This document shows positions 17,884-29,380 of a DNA stretch of 64,000 nucleotides, one piece after another. The stretch is from an uncultured Verrucomicrobiae bacterium. Its GTDB lineage: Bacteria; Verrucomicrobiota; Verrucomicrobiia; Limisphaerales; Palsa-1400. The translations under genes were made by a program, and so were the position numbers. Numbering within the stretch: position 1 is the stretch's first letter; every line of letters begins with the position of its first letter. Location of the stretch: NCBI GenBank assembly GCA_963702845.1, contig OY969763.1, positions 4,736,001 to 4,800,000 of the forward strand, given 5' to 3'. The notes beneath the pieces were generated by a model. That model did not search any database. It saw only the letters and a program-made list of their open reading frames with translations, and was not told where the DNA came from.

Positions 17884-19668
17884 ATGACCATCGACAACGA
17901 AAACCATATCAACCGCCACTTCATGCCGCATCAAATCCTCTGGATTCGCGGCGAAGAACCGATCCACGCCATCGGCAAACAAGCCGTCGCCCTCGCCGAA
18001 AAATCCGTCCGCATCGGCTGGACCTACGCCGACGGCTTTAAAAACGTGCGCAAACGGATCCTCCACAAAAACCGCGATTACCTTTTCGCCACCAAAGATT
18101 ATGCCAGCGCGCTCGAGTACATCAAACAATGCTACCAATTCGCCGAAATCTTCAACGTCACCCGCAGCATCAAATCACACGGCGAAGAAATCCTCAGCGT
18201 GAACCGTCTCGACGACAAAGGTCGTCCATCTGCCTTCACCGAAGACGTCAAAGTCGGCGTGATCAAATTCGACAACGGCTCGCGCATCATCGCCTTCAGC
18301 GCCAACCCACAAGCCATGGCCGTCTACGGCGGCGACGTCGGCCTCGACGAATTCGCCAAACATCCCAATGCCCGTCTCCTCTGGGAGACCGCCCAGGGCC
18401 GCGTCACCTGGGGTTATGATTTGGCCGTGTGGTCGAGTCACGATGGCGAAGACACATTGTTCAACGAATTCGCACAGGAAGCACGGGTGAGTGTAAGAAA
18501 ACCGATTGACGTAATTGAACGCGACAGCGTCTTGGACTGCGGCAGTCCTCTGCCGCTTTTGGGGTTCGACGGAGTCGCGGGTTCAAATCCGAAAGCGCCA
18601 GAGGGGCCGAACGTCGGCCTCGCGGAGCGCAGTCCAAAAGCTTCGCCAGTCCGAACGCCCGAGACGACTCCGAACATCCCTTGGAACCTTTATTACAAGG
18701 TCACCATCCAGGACGGCATCAACAACGGCCTCGTCGAAGTCATCAACAAATCGCGCGGGACTAAGTTTACCGCGGACCAATTCCTGGCCGATTGCAAAGC
18801 ACGCGCGCGGGATGAGGAAGTTTTCCAACAAGCGTATATGTGCAATCCGCTCGGTGCGGCCACCAATCACATCGTGGAATGGAGCGCGATCGAACGTTGC
18901 CGTCACGATTACAAGATCGAGCGTGTCCATCTCGAAGCGGACGAAGTCCAACAACAATTCGGTGCGTTCAATCCGTCGAGTGCGCGCGAACGGGAAAACA
19001 ACATCGAAGCGTTCCTATGCAAAAAGTTTCCATCGCTGGATTTCAATCCCATCCACAGCACGCCCACGTTCCGGCTCGGCTTCGACGTCGCCGCCAGTGG
19101 CACGGGTGATCTGGCCGTCATTTACATCGACGAGAAAAAGGGGGACGAACATTGGCTTCGTGCCTTGTTCACCTGTCGCACCGAAGACTGGCACTTTCTC
19201 AAGACGGTCCTGTTCTATTTCATGAACACGACCGGTTCGCTCAAAGGCGCCGGCGACGAAACCGGTCTGGGCCGCCAGATCTGTTGGGAAGCGGCGCAGA
19301 AATTCGGGTCGCGCTGGAAATCGGTGAACTTCGCCAGCAAGAAGCACGACCTTGGTTTCAACCTGATGAACCAGTTGAGCGTCGCGCAAAAGCGTTTCCC
19401 GAGCAGCGAACACGACATCGCAGGCGACTACTATGCGCTCAAGAAAATGTTCAACGGCAACAAATGGAATTTCGCCGAAGGCAAAAACGCGCTCAACCCG
19501 GCGAGCCATTGCGACATCGCCTGGGCCGGCGCATTGGCCAGCGAAGCGCCCAAGAGCGGCGGCGGCATCGGCATTTCCGTGCTGATGGAGGGCGGCACGT
19601 GGTCGACGTATCACACTGACGATCCGATTCCCAAGCCGACGCCGTATCCGGGTAAGGCGGTTTGGTAG
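17884..19668 (+). CDS. Mu-like (gp28) terminase large subunit
   Basis: Walker A EKSVRIGWT, Walker B DVGLDEFA, coupling motif SSH, F.Q.YMCNP, and RNase H-like nuclease motifs GFDVA, DETGLG, HCDIAWAGALA. Confidence 0.85.
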   Translation: MTIDNENHINRHFMPHQILWIRGEEPIHAIGKQAVALAEKSVRIGWTYADGFKNVRKRILHKNRDYLFATKDYASALEYIKQCYQFAEIFNVTRSIKSHGEEILSVNRLDDKGRPSAFTEDVKVGVIKFDNGSRIIAFSANPQAMAVYGGDVGLDEFAKHPNARLLWETAQGRVTWGYDLAVWSSHDGEDTLFNEFAQEARVSVRKPIDVIERDSVLDCGSPLPLLGFDGVAGSNPKAPEGPNVGLAERSPKASPVRTPETTPNIPWNLYYKVTIQDGINNGLVEVINKSRGTKFTADQFLADCKARARDEEVFQQAYMCNPLGAATNHIVEWSAIERCRHDYKIERVHLEADEVQQQFGAFNPSSARERENNIEAFLCKKFPSLDFNPIHSTPTFRLGFDVAASGTGDLAVIYIDEKKGDEHWLRALFTCRTEDWHFLKTVLFYFMNTTGSLKGAGDETGLGRQICWEAAQKFGSRWKSVNFASKKHDLGFNLMNQLSVAQKRFPSSEHDIAGDYYALKKMFNGNKWNFAEGKNALNPASHCDIAWAGALASEAPKSGGGIGISVLMEGGTWSTYHTDDPIPKPTPYPGKAVW

Positions 19669-19800
19669 GGCGAGGCTCCCGCCGAGCTGGGTTCGCGCAA
19701 CGTGCGGAAAGGCTCAGCAGGAGCTTCGCCCTACCGAGTTTTCGAAAGAACGGCCGCGCGCGGAGCCGGAAGGTCCGGTTCGCAAACGCGCCCTACCAAC
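19664..19800. repeat. GTAG-type REP-like palindrome
   Basis: GGTAGGGCGAGGCTCCCGCCGAGC ... GCTCAGCAGGAGCTTCGCCCTACC, plus a further CGCGCCCTACC end. Confidence 0.75.
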
Positions 19801-19834
19801 GCGGAAATTCGTACGCGCGTGAACATGGTTACGT

Positions 19835-19884
19835 CTGCCGATTTGGAAATCGGCGATACGGCAGGCTCGGAGGCCTGCGATACG
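19835..19884 (+). repeat. REP-like double hairpin downstream of argS
   Basis: CTGCCGATTTGGAAATCGGCGATACGGCAGGCTCGGAGGCCTGCGATACG; direct copy at 21660-21709. Confidence 0.85.
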
Positions 19885-19887
19885 CAG

Positions 19888-21618
19888 CTACATCGTCTCG
19901 GTGACTTCGATGCCGAGGACTTCCAAGCCTTGCTTGAGGACTTTGGCGGTCACTTCGCACAAGGCGAGGCGAGCGGCGCGTTGGGGACCTTCGGCTTTGA
20001 GCACGGGGCAATTCTCGTAGAAGCGCGCGAAGTGGCCGGACAAATCGTAGAGATATGTGCAGAGAAAATTCGGGCGGTAATCCTCGGCGACGGCTTCGAG
20101 GACCAGGCCGAAGTTCAACAGGTGTTTGGCCAAAGTGAGTTCTTCGGGAGCGCCGAGCGGGATTTCGCCGCCGCCACCGGCGTTATCGAGATCGCCTTTG
20201 CGGAAAATACTGCGGACGCGGGTGTAGGAGTATTGCAGATACGGCGCGGTGTTGCCCTGGAGCGACAGCATCTTGTCCCAACTGAAGACGTAATCGCTCT
20301 GGCGATTTTGGGAGAGGTCGGCGTATTTGATGGAGCCGAGGCCGACGACCCGCGCGATTTCGAGGCGCGCTTCTTTGGTCATGTCGGCGTTTTTTTCGCT
20401 GACGACTTTGAAGGCGCGTTCTTCGGCTTCGTCGAGCAGGTCCTCGAGTTTGACGGTGTCGCCCGAGCGGGTTTTGAACGGTTTGCCGTCTTCACCGAGG
20501 ATCGAGCCGAACCAGACGTGGGCCAGTTTGACGCCGGTTTCCGAATGCCATTTGCGGAAAGCGGTGAAGATCTGGCGAAAGTGCAATTGCTGGCGACCGT
20601 CGGTGACGTAAATGATTTCGTCCGGCTTCGCGCCCCACGTGCCGCCTTCCATGCGGAATTGCAAGGTGGCGAGGTCGGTCGTGGTGTAATTGAAACCGGC
20701 GTCGCTCTTTTGCACGAGCGCGGGATGTTCTTTCAAATCGGGAACATCATCAAACGGGACGATGAGCGCGCCTTCGCTCTCGCGGGCGAGACCGCTTTTT
20801 TTCAGGTCTTCGATGACGTTTTTGAGGCGTGGATTGTAATAGCTCTCGCCGTAGGTGTAATCGAATTTGACGCCGAGCCGGTTATAGACGCGTTCGAATT
20901 GCGTTTCGGAGAGCGCGATCATATCGCGCCAAATTTGCAGGTTCTCCTCGTCGCCGCTCTGGAGCTTGACGAGTTCCTGGCGCGCTTCGTCGAGCACGGC
21001 CGGATTTTGTTCGCAGGCGGCGTTGACCAATTTATAGAGGCGCTCCATTTCGCCGATGGGGTCCTTTTCGAGCGCGGCTTTGTCGAGGTGCTGTTTCCAG
21101 CCGACGAGCAATTTGCCGAACTGCGTGCCCCAATCGCCGATGTGGTTGTCGGTCACGACGCGATGGCCGAGCAGACGCAGGACGCGCGCGAGGGAATCGC
21201 CAAGAATGGTCGAGCGAATGTGACCGACGTGCATCGGCTTGGCGACATTGGGCGAACTGAAATCGATCACGACCGTGCGCGGCTTGGTCGTCTTTTGGAA
21301 AAACAGGTGTTCGCCGCGAAGCGCGCCAACGAGTGTTTTGCCGATGGCGGATGGTTTGAGGGTGAAATTGAGAAAGCCGGCGCCGGCGATCTCGACTTTG
21401 TCGCACCACTCGGAGACGTCGAGCTTGGCTTTGACGTCGGTGGCCAACTGGCGCGGGTTCATCTTGCGCTCTTTGGCGAGCGACATGAGAGCGTTGCTTT
21501 GGTAATCGCCGAACTTGGAGTCCGTTGCAGGGCGCACGAGAACGCGGGAGACATCCGCGTCCGGGAGAATGGCGCGAACGGCTTCCTGCAATTTTTGTTC
21601 GAGAAAGATGTGTAGCAC
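19888..21618 (-). CDS. argS: Arginine--tRNA ligase
   Basis: FGDYQSN, DFSSPNVAKPMHVGHIRS (HIGH-like), NHIGDWGTQFG, FKTRSG, GNTAPYLQY motifs. Confidence 0.98.
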   Translation of the reverse strand: MLHIFLEQKLQEAVRAILPDADVSRVLVRPATDSKFGDYQSNALMSLAKERKMNPRQLATDVKAKLDVSEWCDKVEIAGAGFLNFTLKPSAIGKTLVGALRGEHLFFQKTTKPRTVVIDFSSPNVAKPMHVGHIRSTILGDSLARVLRLLGHRVVTDNHIGDWGTQFGKLLVGWKQHLDKAALEKDPIGEMERLYKLVNAACEQNPAVLDEARQELVKLQSGDEENLQIWRDMIALSETQFERVYNRLGVKFDYTYGESYYNPRLKNVIEDLKKSGLARESEGALIVPFDDVPDLKEHPALVQKSDAGFNYTTTDLATLQFRMEGGTWGAKPDEIIYVTDGRQQLHFRQIFTAFRKWHSETGVKLAHVWFGSILGEDGKPFKTRSGDTVKLEDLLDEAEERAFKVVSEKNADMTKEARLEIARVVGLGSIKYADLSQNRQSDYVFSWDKMLSLQGNTAPYLQYSYTRVRSIFRKGDLDNAGGGGEIPLGAPEELTLAKHLLNFGLVLEAVAEDYRPNFLCTYLYDLSGHFARFYENCPVLKAEGPQRAARLALCEVTAKVLKQGLEVLGIEVTETM

Positions 21619-21659
21619 AGCTATCGGTTAAATCTGGCGCTGCTTTGTGTCTCTGACAC

Positions 21660-21709
21660 CTGCCGATTTGGAAATCGGCGACACAGCAGGTTTGGAAACC
21701 TGCGATACG
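21660..21709 (+). repeat. REP-like double hairpin upstream of argS
   Basis: CTGCCGATTTGGAAATCGGCGACACAGCAGGTTTGGAAACCTGCGATACG. Confidence 0.85.
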
Positions 21710-21720
21710 GCGCGACTCCT

Positions 21721-22188
21721 TTATTTCGGCGTAGAGAATTTTTTGATCACCTCGAACATGGCGGCGGCGTCCGGGGCTTGTTCCAGTTCCAGGCGAAAAT
21801 CTTTCATGTGCAGCAATTTTGCGATGCTGGCCAAGGTATGAAGATGTTTCTGGAACTGGCCTTGCGGGACGAGGAACAACATGACGAGGTTGACCGGCTG
21901 ATTGTCGAGCGCGTCGAAATTGACGCCGGTCTTGGAACGGCCGAGCGCGCCGACGACTTCGGTGATGAGATCGGTCGAGGCGTGCGGGATGCCAATGCCA
22001 AAGCCGATCCCGGTGCTCATGGAGGTTTCGCGCTTCTTCACGACAGCGGCGATGGCCTCCCGATTTTCGGGCCGGATCTTTTTGGTGGCGACCAGATTTT
22101 CGATCAGTTCATCGATTGCATCCCAACGATTGGCAGCTTTGAGCTGGGGGAGCAAATTTTCCGGACCTAAAATATCGCCTAAATTCAT
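21721..22188 (-). CDS. PTS IIA component (fructose/nitrogen-regulatory, PtsN-like)
   Basis: RETSMSTGIGFGIGIPHA with the phospho-His, and F.ALDNQPV; start set at ATG 22188. Confidence 0.9.
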   Translation of the reverse strand: MNLGDILGPENLLPQLKAANRWDAIDELIENLVATKKIRPENREAIAAVVKKRETSMSTGIGFGIGIPHASTDLITEVVGALGRSKTGVNFDALDNQPVNLVMLFLVPQGQFQKHLHTLASIAKLLHMKDFRLELEQAPDAAAMFEVIKKFSTPK

Positions 22189-22413
22189 ACGAAACGCTTG
22201 TTCATTTCGCCTGAAGCGCAACCGCAATTCAAGAGGAATGTTCGCCGAACGTCGGCCTCGCACGAGGAAGAGACCAAGAAGAAACGCAAAACGAAGAATT
22301 AAGATGCGCTCGTCCGCAAAAAAAACTATTCTGTAGTATTGCGTAAGCGCCGCATTTCGTTAAAAAATAGCAAAATTTTATATTCGACCACAACGGGTCG
22401 GTGACTGTCAGAG

Positions 22414-25400
22414 ATGAGTTCGCGAAAAAACCACAACATTTTATCAGGGCCACCGCCTAAACAAGGGCTTTACGATCCGCAATTTGAGCACGACGCATGC
22501 GGCGTAGGTTTCGTCGTTAACGTCGCTGGGGCAAAATCGCACAAGATCATTTCTGACGCGCTGACGATCCTGATGAATTTGGATCACCGCGGCGCGTGCG
22601 GATGCGAAGTGAACACTGGTGACGGCGCAGGCATTCTGATGCAGATGCCGCACAAGTTCCTCGAACAGGCGTGTGCGGAAGCGAAAATTAAATTACCGGC
22701 GGCCGGTCAATACGGCGCTGGAATGGTTTTTCTGCCGCGCAATGCGACGGCTCGTAAAACGTGCGAAAAGCAGTTTGAGCAAATTGTCGCTGAAGAAGGA
22801 CAGACATTTTTGGGTTGGCGCACGGTGCCTTGCGATAATTCTTCCCTGGGCAACACGGCGCAGGCTTCGGAGCCGTTTATTCGGCAGGTATTTATTGGTC
22901 GGTCGGCGGATTTAACCGATGACATGGCGTTTGAGCGGAAGCTTTACGTTATTCGCAAACGCGCGGAACGGGCACTTCGCTACGGCGAAATCAAAGGCGC
23001 GCACGTTTTTTACGTCTGCTCGCTGTCCTGCAAGACGATGGTTTATAAGGGCATGTTGCTGACGAAGCAGATGGACGCGTATTTCCCGGACTTGAAAAAT
23101 CCGGCGATGGAAAGCGCGCTGGCGCTGGTTCACTCACGGTTCAGCACGAACACGTTCCCAAGCTGGGATCGCGCGCATCCGTATCGTTACATCGCGCACA
23201 ACGGCGAAATCAACACGCTCCGCGGCAACATCAATTGGATGCACGCGCGCCAGGCGATGTTTGAATCGAAGTTGTTCGGGGACGATCTGAAGAAACTTTT
23301 GCCCATTATTAATACGGATGGGTCTGACTCGGGGATGTTCGATAACTGCCTGGAGTTGCTCGTGCTCTCGGGACGTTCATTGCCGCATGCGATGATGATG
23401 ATGATTCCGGAGCCGTGGTCGAATCACGAGACCATGAGCGACGAGAAGAAGGCATTCTATGAATATCATAGCTGCCTGATGGAGCCTTGGGATGGTCCGG
23501 CGGCGGTGGCGTTTACGGACGGCAAACTAATTGGCGCGTGCCTGGATCGTAATGGTCTGCGACCGTCGCGTTATTACGTGACCAAGGATGGCTTTGTCAT
23601 CATGGCGTCGGAAGTGGGAGTGCTCGATATCGCGCCGGAAAACATTTTGCAGAAAGGGCGCTTGCAGCCCGGTCGCATGTTCCTTGTCGATACGGAGGAG
23701 GGCCGCATCGTTGCCGACGAAGAGATCAAACAGGAAATCGCGACGGAACATCCGTATCGCCAATGGCTCGATAAATATATGCTCGAGCTGGCGCGCGTTC
23801 CGGAAGCAGAACATCTCGCTGAGCCTTCGCACGAAACGGTGATGCAACGGCAGCAGGCGTTCGGTTATACGTTCGAAGATTTGCGCATCATCATGGCGCC
23901 GATGGCGCGCGATGGCGTGGAAGCGATTGGCTCGATGGGCACGGACACGCCACTGGCGGTTTTGTCCGATAAACCGCAGCTGCTCTATAACTATTTCAAG
24001 CAATTGTTCGCGCAGGTCACGAATCCGCCGATCGATTGTATTCGCGAAGAATTGGTCACCTCGGCTGAAACGACTATCGGCACAGAAGGCAATTTGCTCG
24101 AACCGAAGCCTGAGAGTTGCCATTTGATCGAGCTGAAGACGCCGATTCTGACGAACGAAGAATTTGCGAAGCTCAAGCACATTAATCAGCCTGGATTTAA
24201 ATCCAAGACGCTTTCAATTTTGTTCAAGGCGTCGGATGGCGAAGAGGGTTTGGCGAGCGCGATGCAGAATTTGTATGAACAGGCCAGTCGCGCGATTGAG
24301 CAAGGCGTTAATATTCTGATTTTGTCGGACCGCGGAGTTAGTAAGGATCTTGCGCCGATTCCGGCGTTGCTGGCGGTTTCGGGCATGCATCATCATTTGA
24401 TTCGCGAAGGCACGCGCACACGCGTGGGCCTGGTGCTCGAATCGGGCGAACCGCGGGAAGTGCATCATTTCTCGTTGTTGATCGGTTACGGCGCAGGAGC
24501 GATCAATCCGTATGTGGCGTTCGAGACGCTTGACGACATGATTCGTCAGGGCTTGCTCGTGAAAGTCGACCACAAGACGGCGTGCAAGAATTTTGTTAAG
24601 GCGGCGGTCAAAGGCGTGGTGAAGGTCATTTCGAAGATGGGCATCTCCACGATCCAGAGCTATCGCGGCGCGCAGATTTTCGAAGCGATTGGTCTGCATC
24701 CGCACGTTGTTGAAAAATATTTTACGGGCACGGCTTCGCGCGTTGGTGGCATTGGCCTGGATGTGATCGCGACTGAAGCGCAAAAGCGACATCAACACGC
24801 GTTCCCGGATCGCCAGGTGAACGGCCACACGTTGGATGTGGGCGGTCAATATCAATGGCGTCAGGACGGCGAGCATCACCTGTTCAATCCGCAGACGATT
24901 CACAAGCTACAGAAGGCTTGCCGCACGGGTGATTACAAAACTTTCAAGGAATACTCCGAGTTGGTTAACGACCAGTCGAAGAAACACGCGACGTTGCGTG
25001 GTTTGTTGGAGATTAAGTTTCCGAAAAAACCGATTTCGGTTTATGAAGTTGAATCGGTTGAGTCAATTTTGACGCGCTTCAAATCGGGCGCGATGTCTTA
25101 CGGTTCCATCAGCAAGGAAGCGCACGAAGCGCTGGCCATCGCGATGAACCGCATCGGCGGCAAGAGCAACACGGGCGAAGGTGGCGAAGATCCCGCGCGT
25201 TACAAACTTGAGGCGAATGGGGATTCGAAGAACAGTGCGATTAAGCAGGTTGCCTCTGGCCGTTTCGGCGTAACGAGCGAATACCTCGTGATGGCGCAGG
25301 AACTGCAAATCAAGATGGCGCAGGGCGCAAAGCCGGGTGAAGGCGGGCAGCTTCCAGGAGCGAAAGTTTTCCCATGGATTGCGAAAGTTCGCTATTCCAC

Positions 25401-27033
25401 TCCGGGTGTCGGTCTCATTTCACCGCCGCCGCACCATGACATTTACTCGATCGAAGATTTGGCTGAGTTGATCCACGACCTGAAAAACGCGAACACGAAA
25501 GCGCGTATCAGCGTGAAGCTCGTAGCTGAAGTTGGTGTGGGCACGATTGCGGCGGGCGTCGCGAAGGCGCACGCGGACGTAGTCCTGATCAGCGGCTACG
25601 ACGGCGGCACGGGTGCTTCGCCGATCACCAGCATTAAGCACGCGGGTATCCCGTGGGAGCTCGGTCTTGCCGAAGCGCACCAGACGCTGGTGCTGAATAA
25701 TCTGCGCAGCCGAATCGCGGTTGAAACGGATGGTCAGTTGAAGACTGGTCGTGACGTGATCGTTGCGGCGTTGCTCGGTGCTGAAGAATTTGGTTTTGCG
25801 ACCGCGCCACTCGTGACGCTGGGTTGCATTATGATGCGCGTTTGCCACTTGAACACGTGCCCGGTTGGCGTTGCCACTCAAGACGCGGAATTGCGCAAGC
25901 GGTTTACCGGGGATCCGGCGCACACGGTTAATTTCATGCGCATGATTGCGCAGGAAGTTCGTGAGCTGATGGCGCAACTTGGCGCGCGCAACGTCACCGA
26001 CCTCGTCGGCCGCACTGACTTGCTCGAACCGCGCAAAGCTATCGACCATTGGAAAGCGCGCGGGCTGGATTTCTCGAACATTTTGTATCAGCCGAAAGTG
26101 GCGAAGGACGTCGGTCGCTTCAAACAGATGGAACAGGACCACGGGCTGACCGAAGCGCTCGATAACACGCAGCTTTTAAAAATCTGCGAACCGGCGCTGG
26201 CGAAGGGCCACAAAGTCGAAGCGAAAATTCAAATCCGCAACGTCAATCGCGTTGTCGGGACGATCCTCGGTAGCGAACTGACTCGTCGCCATGGCGCGAA
26301 AGGGTTGCCGGACGATACGATCAAAATTCATTTCACCGGTTCGGCCGGTCAGAGCTTTGGCGCTTTCATGCCGCGTGGTATCACGTGGACGCTGGAAGGC
26401 GACGCGAACGATTACGTCGGCAAAGGTCTTTCTGGTGGCAAGATCATCGTTTATCCGCCGAAGGGTTCGACCTTCGCTGCGGAAGACAACATGATCACCG
26501 GCAACGTGGCGTTTTACGGCGCGACGTCGGGCGAAGCCTACGTCAGCGGTATGGCCGGCGAACGGTTCTGTGTTCGTAACAGCGGATTGCATGCTGTTGT
26601 TGAAGCGGTGGGCGATCATGGTTGTGAATATATGACCGGCGGCCGCGTGGTTGTTCTCGGCGCGACTGGCCGTAACTTTGCCGCGGGTATGTCCGGCGGC
26701 GTGGCCTACGTGCTGGATGAAGTCGGCGATTTCAAGAGCCGTTGCAATCAGCAGATGGTCGGCCTGGAAAAATTTGAAGGCGCTGAAGAACTCGAACAGA
26801 TCCGCCAGATGATCGTGCGGCATGCCGAGTTGACTCACAGCAAACGTGCCGCGAAAATTCTCGCCGCCTGGAGCGAGATATCCGGCAAGTTTGTGAAAGT
26901 TATTCCGAAGGACTACAAACGAATGCTCGCCTGCATGAAAAAGGCAGAGCAATCGGGCTTGAGCGGCGAAGAAGCTGTGATGGCCGCCTTTGAAGAAAAC
27001 GCCCGCGACGTGTCCCGTGTTGGGGGTAGCTAA
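22414..27033 (+). CDS. gltB: Glutamate synthase large subunit
   Basis: HDACGVGF N-terminal Cys, [44 protein letters not shown]-terminal domain. Confidence 0.98.
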   Translation: MSSRKNHNILSGPPPKQGLYDPQFEHDACGVGFVVNVAGAKSHKIISDALTILMNLDHRGACGCEVNTGDGAGILMQMPHKFLEQACAEAKIKLPAAGQYGAGMVFLPRNATARKTCEKQFEQIVAEEGQTFLGWRTVPCDNSSLGNTAQASEPFIRQVFIGRSADLTDDMAFERKLYVIRKRAERALRYGEIKGAHVFYVCSLSCKTMVYKGMLLTKQMDAYFPDLKNPAMESALALVHSRFSTNTFPSWDRAHPYRYIAHNGEINTLRGNINWMHARQAMFESKLFGDDLKKLLPIINTDGSDSGMFDNCLELLVLSGRSLPHAMMMMIPEPWSNHETMSDEKKAFYEYHSCLMEPWDGPAAVAFTDGKLIGACLDRNGLRPSRYYVTKDGFVIMASEVGVLDIAPENILQKGRLQPGRMFLVDTEEGRIVADEEIKQEIATEHPYRQWLDKYMLELARVPEAEHLAEPSHETVMQRQQAFGYTFEDLRIIMAPMARDGVEAIGSMGTDTPLAVLSDKPQLLYNYFKQLFAQVTNPPIDCIREELVTSAETTIGTEGNLLEPKPESCHLIELKTPILTNEEFAKLKHINQPGFKSKTLSILFKASDGEEGLASAMQNLYEQASRAIEQGVNILILSDRGVSKDLAPIPALLAVSGMHHHLIREGTRTRVGLVLESGEPREVHHFSLLIGYGAGAINPYVAFETLDDMIRQGLLVKVDHKTACKNFVKAAVKGVVKVISKMGISTIQSYRGAQIFEAIGLHPHVVEKYFTGTASRVGGIGLDVIATEAQKRHQHAFPDRQVNGHTLDVGGQYQWRQDGEHHLFNPQTIHKLQKACRTGDYKTFKEYSELVNDQSKKHATLRGLLEIKFPKKPISVYEVESVESILTRFKSGAMSYGSISKEAHEALAIAMNRIGGKSNTGEGGEDPARYKLEANGDSKNSAIKQVASGRFGVTSEYLVMAQELQIKMAQGAKPGEGGQLPGAKVFPWIAKVRYSTPGVGLISPPPHHDIYSIEDLAELIHDLKNANTKARISVKLVAEVGVGTIAAGVAKAHADVVLISGYDGGTGASPITSIKHAGIPWELGLAEAHQTLVLNNLRSRIAVETDGQLKTGRDVIVAALLGAEEFGFATAPLVTLGCIMMRVCHLNTCPVGVATQDAELRKRFTGDPAHTVNFMRMIAQEVRELMAQLGARNVTDLVGRTDLLEPRKAIDHWKARGLDFSNILYQPKVAKDVGRFKQMEQDHGLTEALDNTQLLKICEPALAKGHKVEAKIQIRNVNRVVGTILGSELTRRHGAKGLPDDTIKIHFTGSAGQSFGAFMPRGITWTLEGDANDYVGKGLSGGKIIVYPPKGSTFAAEDNMITGNVAFYGATSGEAYVSGMAGERFCVRNSGLHAVVEAVGDHGCEYMTGGRVVVLGATGRNFAAGMSGGVAYVLDEVGDFKSRCNQQMVGLEKFEGAEELEQIRQMIVRHAELTHSKRAAKILAAWSEISGKFVKVIPKDYKRMLACMKKAEQSGLSGEEAVMAAFEENARDVSRVGGS

Positions 27034-27063
27034 ACAATTTGAAATTTAACAGATAAACCAGAA

Positions 27064-28542
27064 ATGGGTAAACCCACAGGTTTCATAGAATATTTACGCG
27101 AGCTGCCGCTAGACCGGGCAGCGCTCGAGCGCATTAACGACTGGAACGAGTTCCACCTTCATATGAAGGAGGACAAGATGCGCGAACAAGCCGCGCGCTG
27201 CATGGATTGCGGCATTCCGTTCTGCCACACGGGCACGCTTATCAGCGGCATGGCTTCGGGTTGCCCGATCAACAATCTCATTCCGGAATGGAATGATCTG
27301 GTTTATCGCGGGCTTTGGAAGGAAGCACTCGACCGTCTCCATAAGACGAACAATTTTCCTGATTTCACCGGTCGCGTCTGCCCTGCTCCTTGCGAAGGAT
27401 CATGCGTGCTCGGCATCAATGCTCCGCCGGTCACGATTAAGACGATCGAAGCGGCGATTGCGGATAAAGGTTGGGATTCGGGCTGGATTGTTCCTGAACC
27501 ACCGCAAAAACGCACCGGCAAGAAAGTTGCCGTGATTGGTTCTGGTCCTGCGGGGCTTTGCGCTGCGGCACAGTTGAACAAGGCTGGTCATAATGTCAGC
27601 GTTTTCGAACGGGACGATCGGCCCGGCGGGTTGCTCATGTATGGCATCCCAAACATGAAGCTCGATAAGCAATTGGTGTTACGTCGTATCGACCAGATGG
27701 CGAAGGAGGGCATTCAGTTCGTCAATAACACCGAGGTCGGAAAGAATTATTCCGCTGAAAAATTGCGCAAGGAATTTGATGCGGTCGTCATCTGCACCGG
27801 CGCGACGAAAGGCCGCGACCTGCCGATCGAAGGACGGCAGCTTGGTGGGATCCATTTCGCGATGGAATTTCTACGCGGCAATACGAAGAGCATTTTGGAT
27901 AAGAGCAAAAACGGCAACTTGATCTCGGCGTGTGGAAAAGATGTTGTCGTGATCGGCGGCGGTGACACTGGAACGGATTGTGTGGGCACGTCGTTGCGCC
28001 ACGGCTGCAAGAGCCTCGTTCAGGTTGAAATTTTGCCACGTTCTCCGATGGAGCGTGCCAAGGACAATCCGTGGCCGGAATGGCCGAAGATTTATCGTCT
28101 CGATTACGGCCAGGAAGAAGCGGCCGCGAAGTTTGGCGCTGACCCGCGAGTGTATCTCACGACGGCGATGAAGTTCGAAGGTGATGAGAACGGGAACGTC
28201 AAAGCCGTGCACACGGTTGAAGTGAAGTGGGAGAAAACTGAAAAAGGATTTACGCCAGTGCCTGTTGCCGGGACGGAAAAAGTTCGTCCTACACAACTTG
28301 TGTTGTTGGCGATGGGATTCCTCGGGCCGGAACAGCCGTTGCTCGAACAGCTCAATGTTGAACGCGATGCGCGTTCCAACGCGAAAGCTGATTTCAATAA
28401 GTACACGACCAACGTCAAAGGCGTGTTCGCCGCTGGCGATGCGCGTCGTGGACAGAGCCTTGTCGTCTGGGCCTTCAACGAAGGTCGTGGTGCGGCGCGT
28501 GAATGCGATCGCTATTTAATGGGCTCGACGGATTTGCCGTAG
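27064..28542 (+). CDS. gltD: Glutamate synthase small subunit
   Basis: [45 protein letters not shown] motifs. Confidence 0.98.
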   Translation: MGKPTGFIEYLRELPLDRAALERINDWNEFHLHMKEDKMREQAARCMDCGIPFCHTGTLISGMASGCPINNLIPEWNDLVYRGLWKEALDRLHKTNNFPDFTGRVCPAPCEGSCVLGINAPPVTIKTIEAAIADKGWDSGWIVPEPPQKRTGKKVAVIGSGPAGLCAAAQLNKAGHNVSVFERDDRPGGLLMYGIPNMKLDKQLVLRRIDQMAKEGIQFVNNTEVGKNYSAEKLRKEFDAVVICTGATKGRDLPIEGRQLGGIHFAMEFLRGNTKSILDKSKNGNLISACGKDVVVIGGGDTGTDCVGTSLRHGCKSLVQVEILPRSPMERAKDNPWPEWPKIYRLDYGQEEAAAKFGADPRVYLTTAMKFEGDENGNVKAVHTVEVKWEKTEKGFTPVPVAGTEKVRPTQLVLLAMGFLGPEQPLLEQLNVERDARSNAKADFNKYTTNVKGVFAAGDARRGQSLVVWAFNEGRGAARECDRYLMGSTDLP

Positions 28543-28564
28543 TCAAGCAGACTTCGGCATACGC

Positions 28565-29332
28565 ATGAGAACCCAACGCTCCGGCGCAAACATTTCATTT
28601 GTTGCCTTCACATTAATTGAATTGCTGGTGGTTATCGCCATCATCGCCATTCTGGCGAGCATGCTTTTGCCGGCGCTCGCGAAAGCAAAAGACAAATCCC
28701 GCCGCATTGTTTGCATAGGGAACCTGAAGCAACTCGGGCTCGGGAGCGTCATGTACGCGGGCGATTGGAATGGGCTCTATACCGGCAACGTCAGCTATTA
28801 CGACGACAATGATAACTGGATGTATGGCGATTACGTGAAGAACACGAAATCGTTCGTTTGCCCGAGCACGCAAAATACGGTTCGAAATTTGAAGGTGAAA
28901 AATGCGCTGGGGCTGACGGAGTATGTCGATCTGCAATACTTTGCCACGAATCAGAATTCGCCCTTCGGCTACACGTATGAAAATTTTGCGTGGTGGGCCG
29001 GATTTACCGACAGCCCAAAAGCCGGACCAGCGGGTTCGAGCCAGGAAAAAAAGAGTGAACGCAAAGTTGTTGCCCGTGCGCATGCCGGGAACAACCTAAA
29101 CCTTCAAGGAATTATTCCCGGCCCGACGCGCACGTTTCTGATCGTGCATGCGGACAATTATTACAACAAAACGAATCCCGGAGCGATTTACGATTGGCCG
29201 GACAAGACCGATGGGCATGGCGATCTCGGTTTTCAAGCGACATACGCCGATGGGCACGCACAACTAATCCTGTTGCGCGATTGGCTTATAGCACGCGAGC
29301 TGTCCTGCGACACGTGGCGCACGAGCCCGTAA
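28565..29332 (+). CDS. Prepilin-type N-terminal cleavage/methylation protein (H-X9-DG type)
   Basis: [40 protein letters not shown]. Confidence 0.9.
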   Translation: MRTQRSGANISFVAFTLIELLVVIAIIAILASMLLPALAKAKDKSRRIVCIGNLKQLGLGSVMYAGDWNGLYTGNVSYYDDNDNWMYGDYVKNTKSFVCPSTQNTVRNLKVKNALGLTEYVDLQYFATNQNSPFGYTYENFAWWAGFTDSPKAGPAGSSQEKKSERKVVARAHAGNNLNLQGIIPGPTRTFLIVHADNYYNKTNPGAIYDWPDKTDGHGDLGFQATYADGHAQLILLRDWLIARELSCDTWRTSP

Positions 29333-29380
29333 TCACCTCTTTACTTGTCAGTTGTTCGTTTTGGCGGAACACTAGTTTGT

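Noticed and set aside
16450..19700. Intact prophage
   Set aside because: Only the terminase pair is present; no structural, lysis or integration genes.
19702..21615. 637-aa plus-strand ORF
   Set aside because: Antisense shadow of argS in GC-rich, codon-biased DNA; its N-terminus is translated REP sequence.
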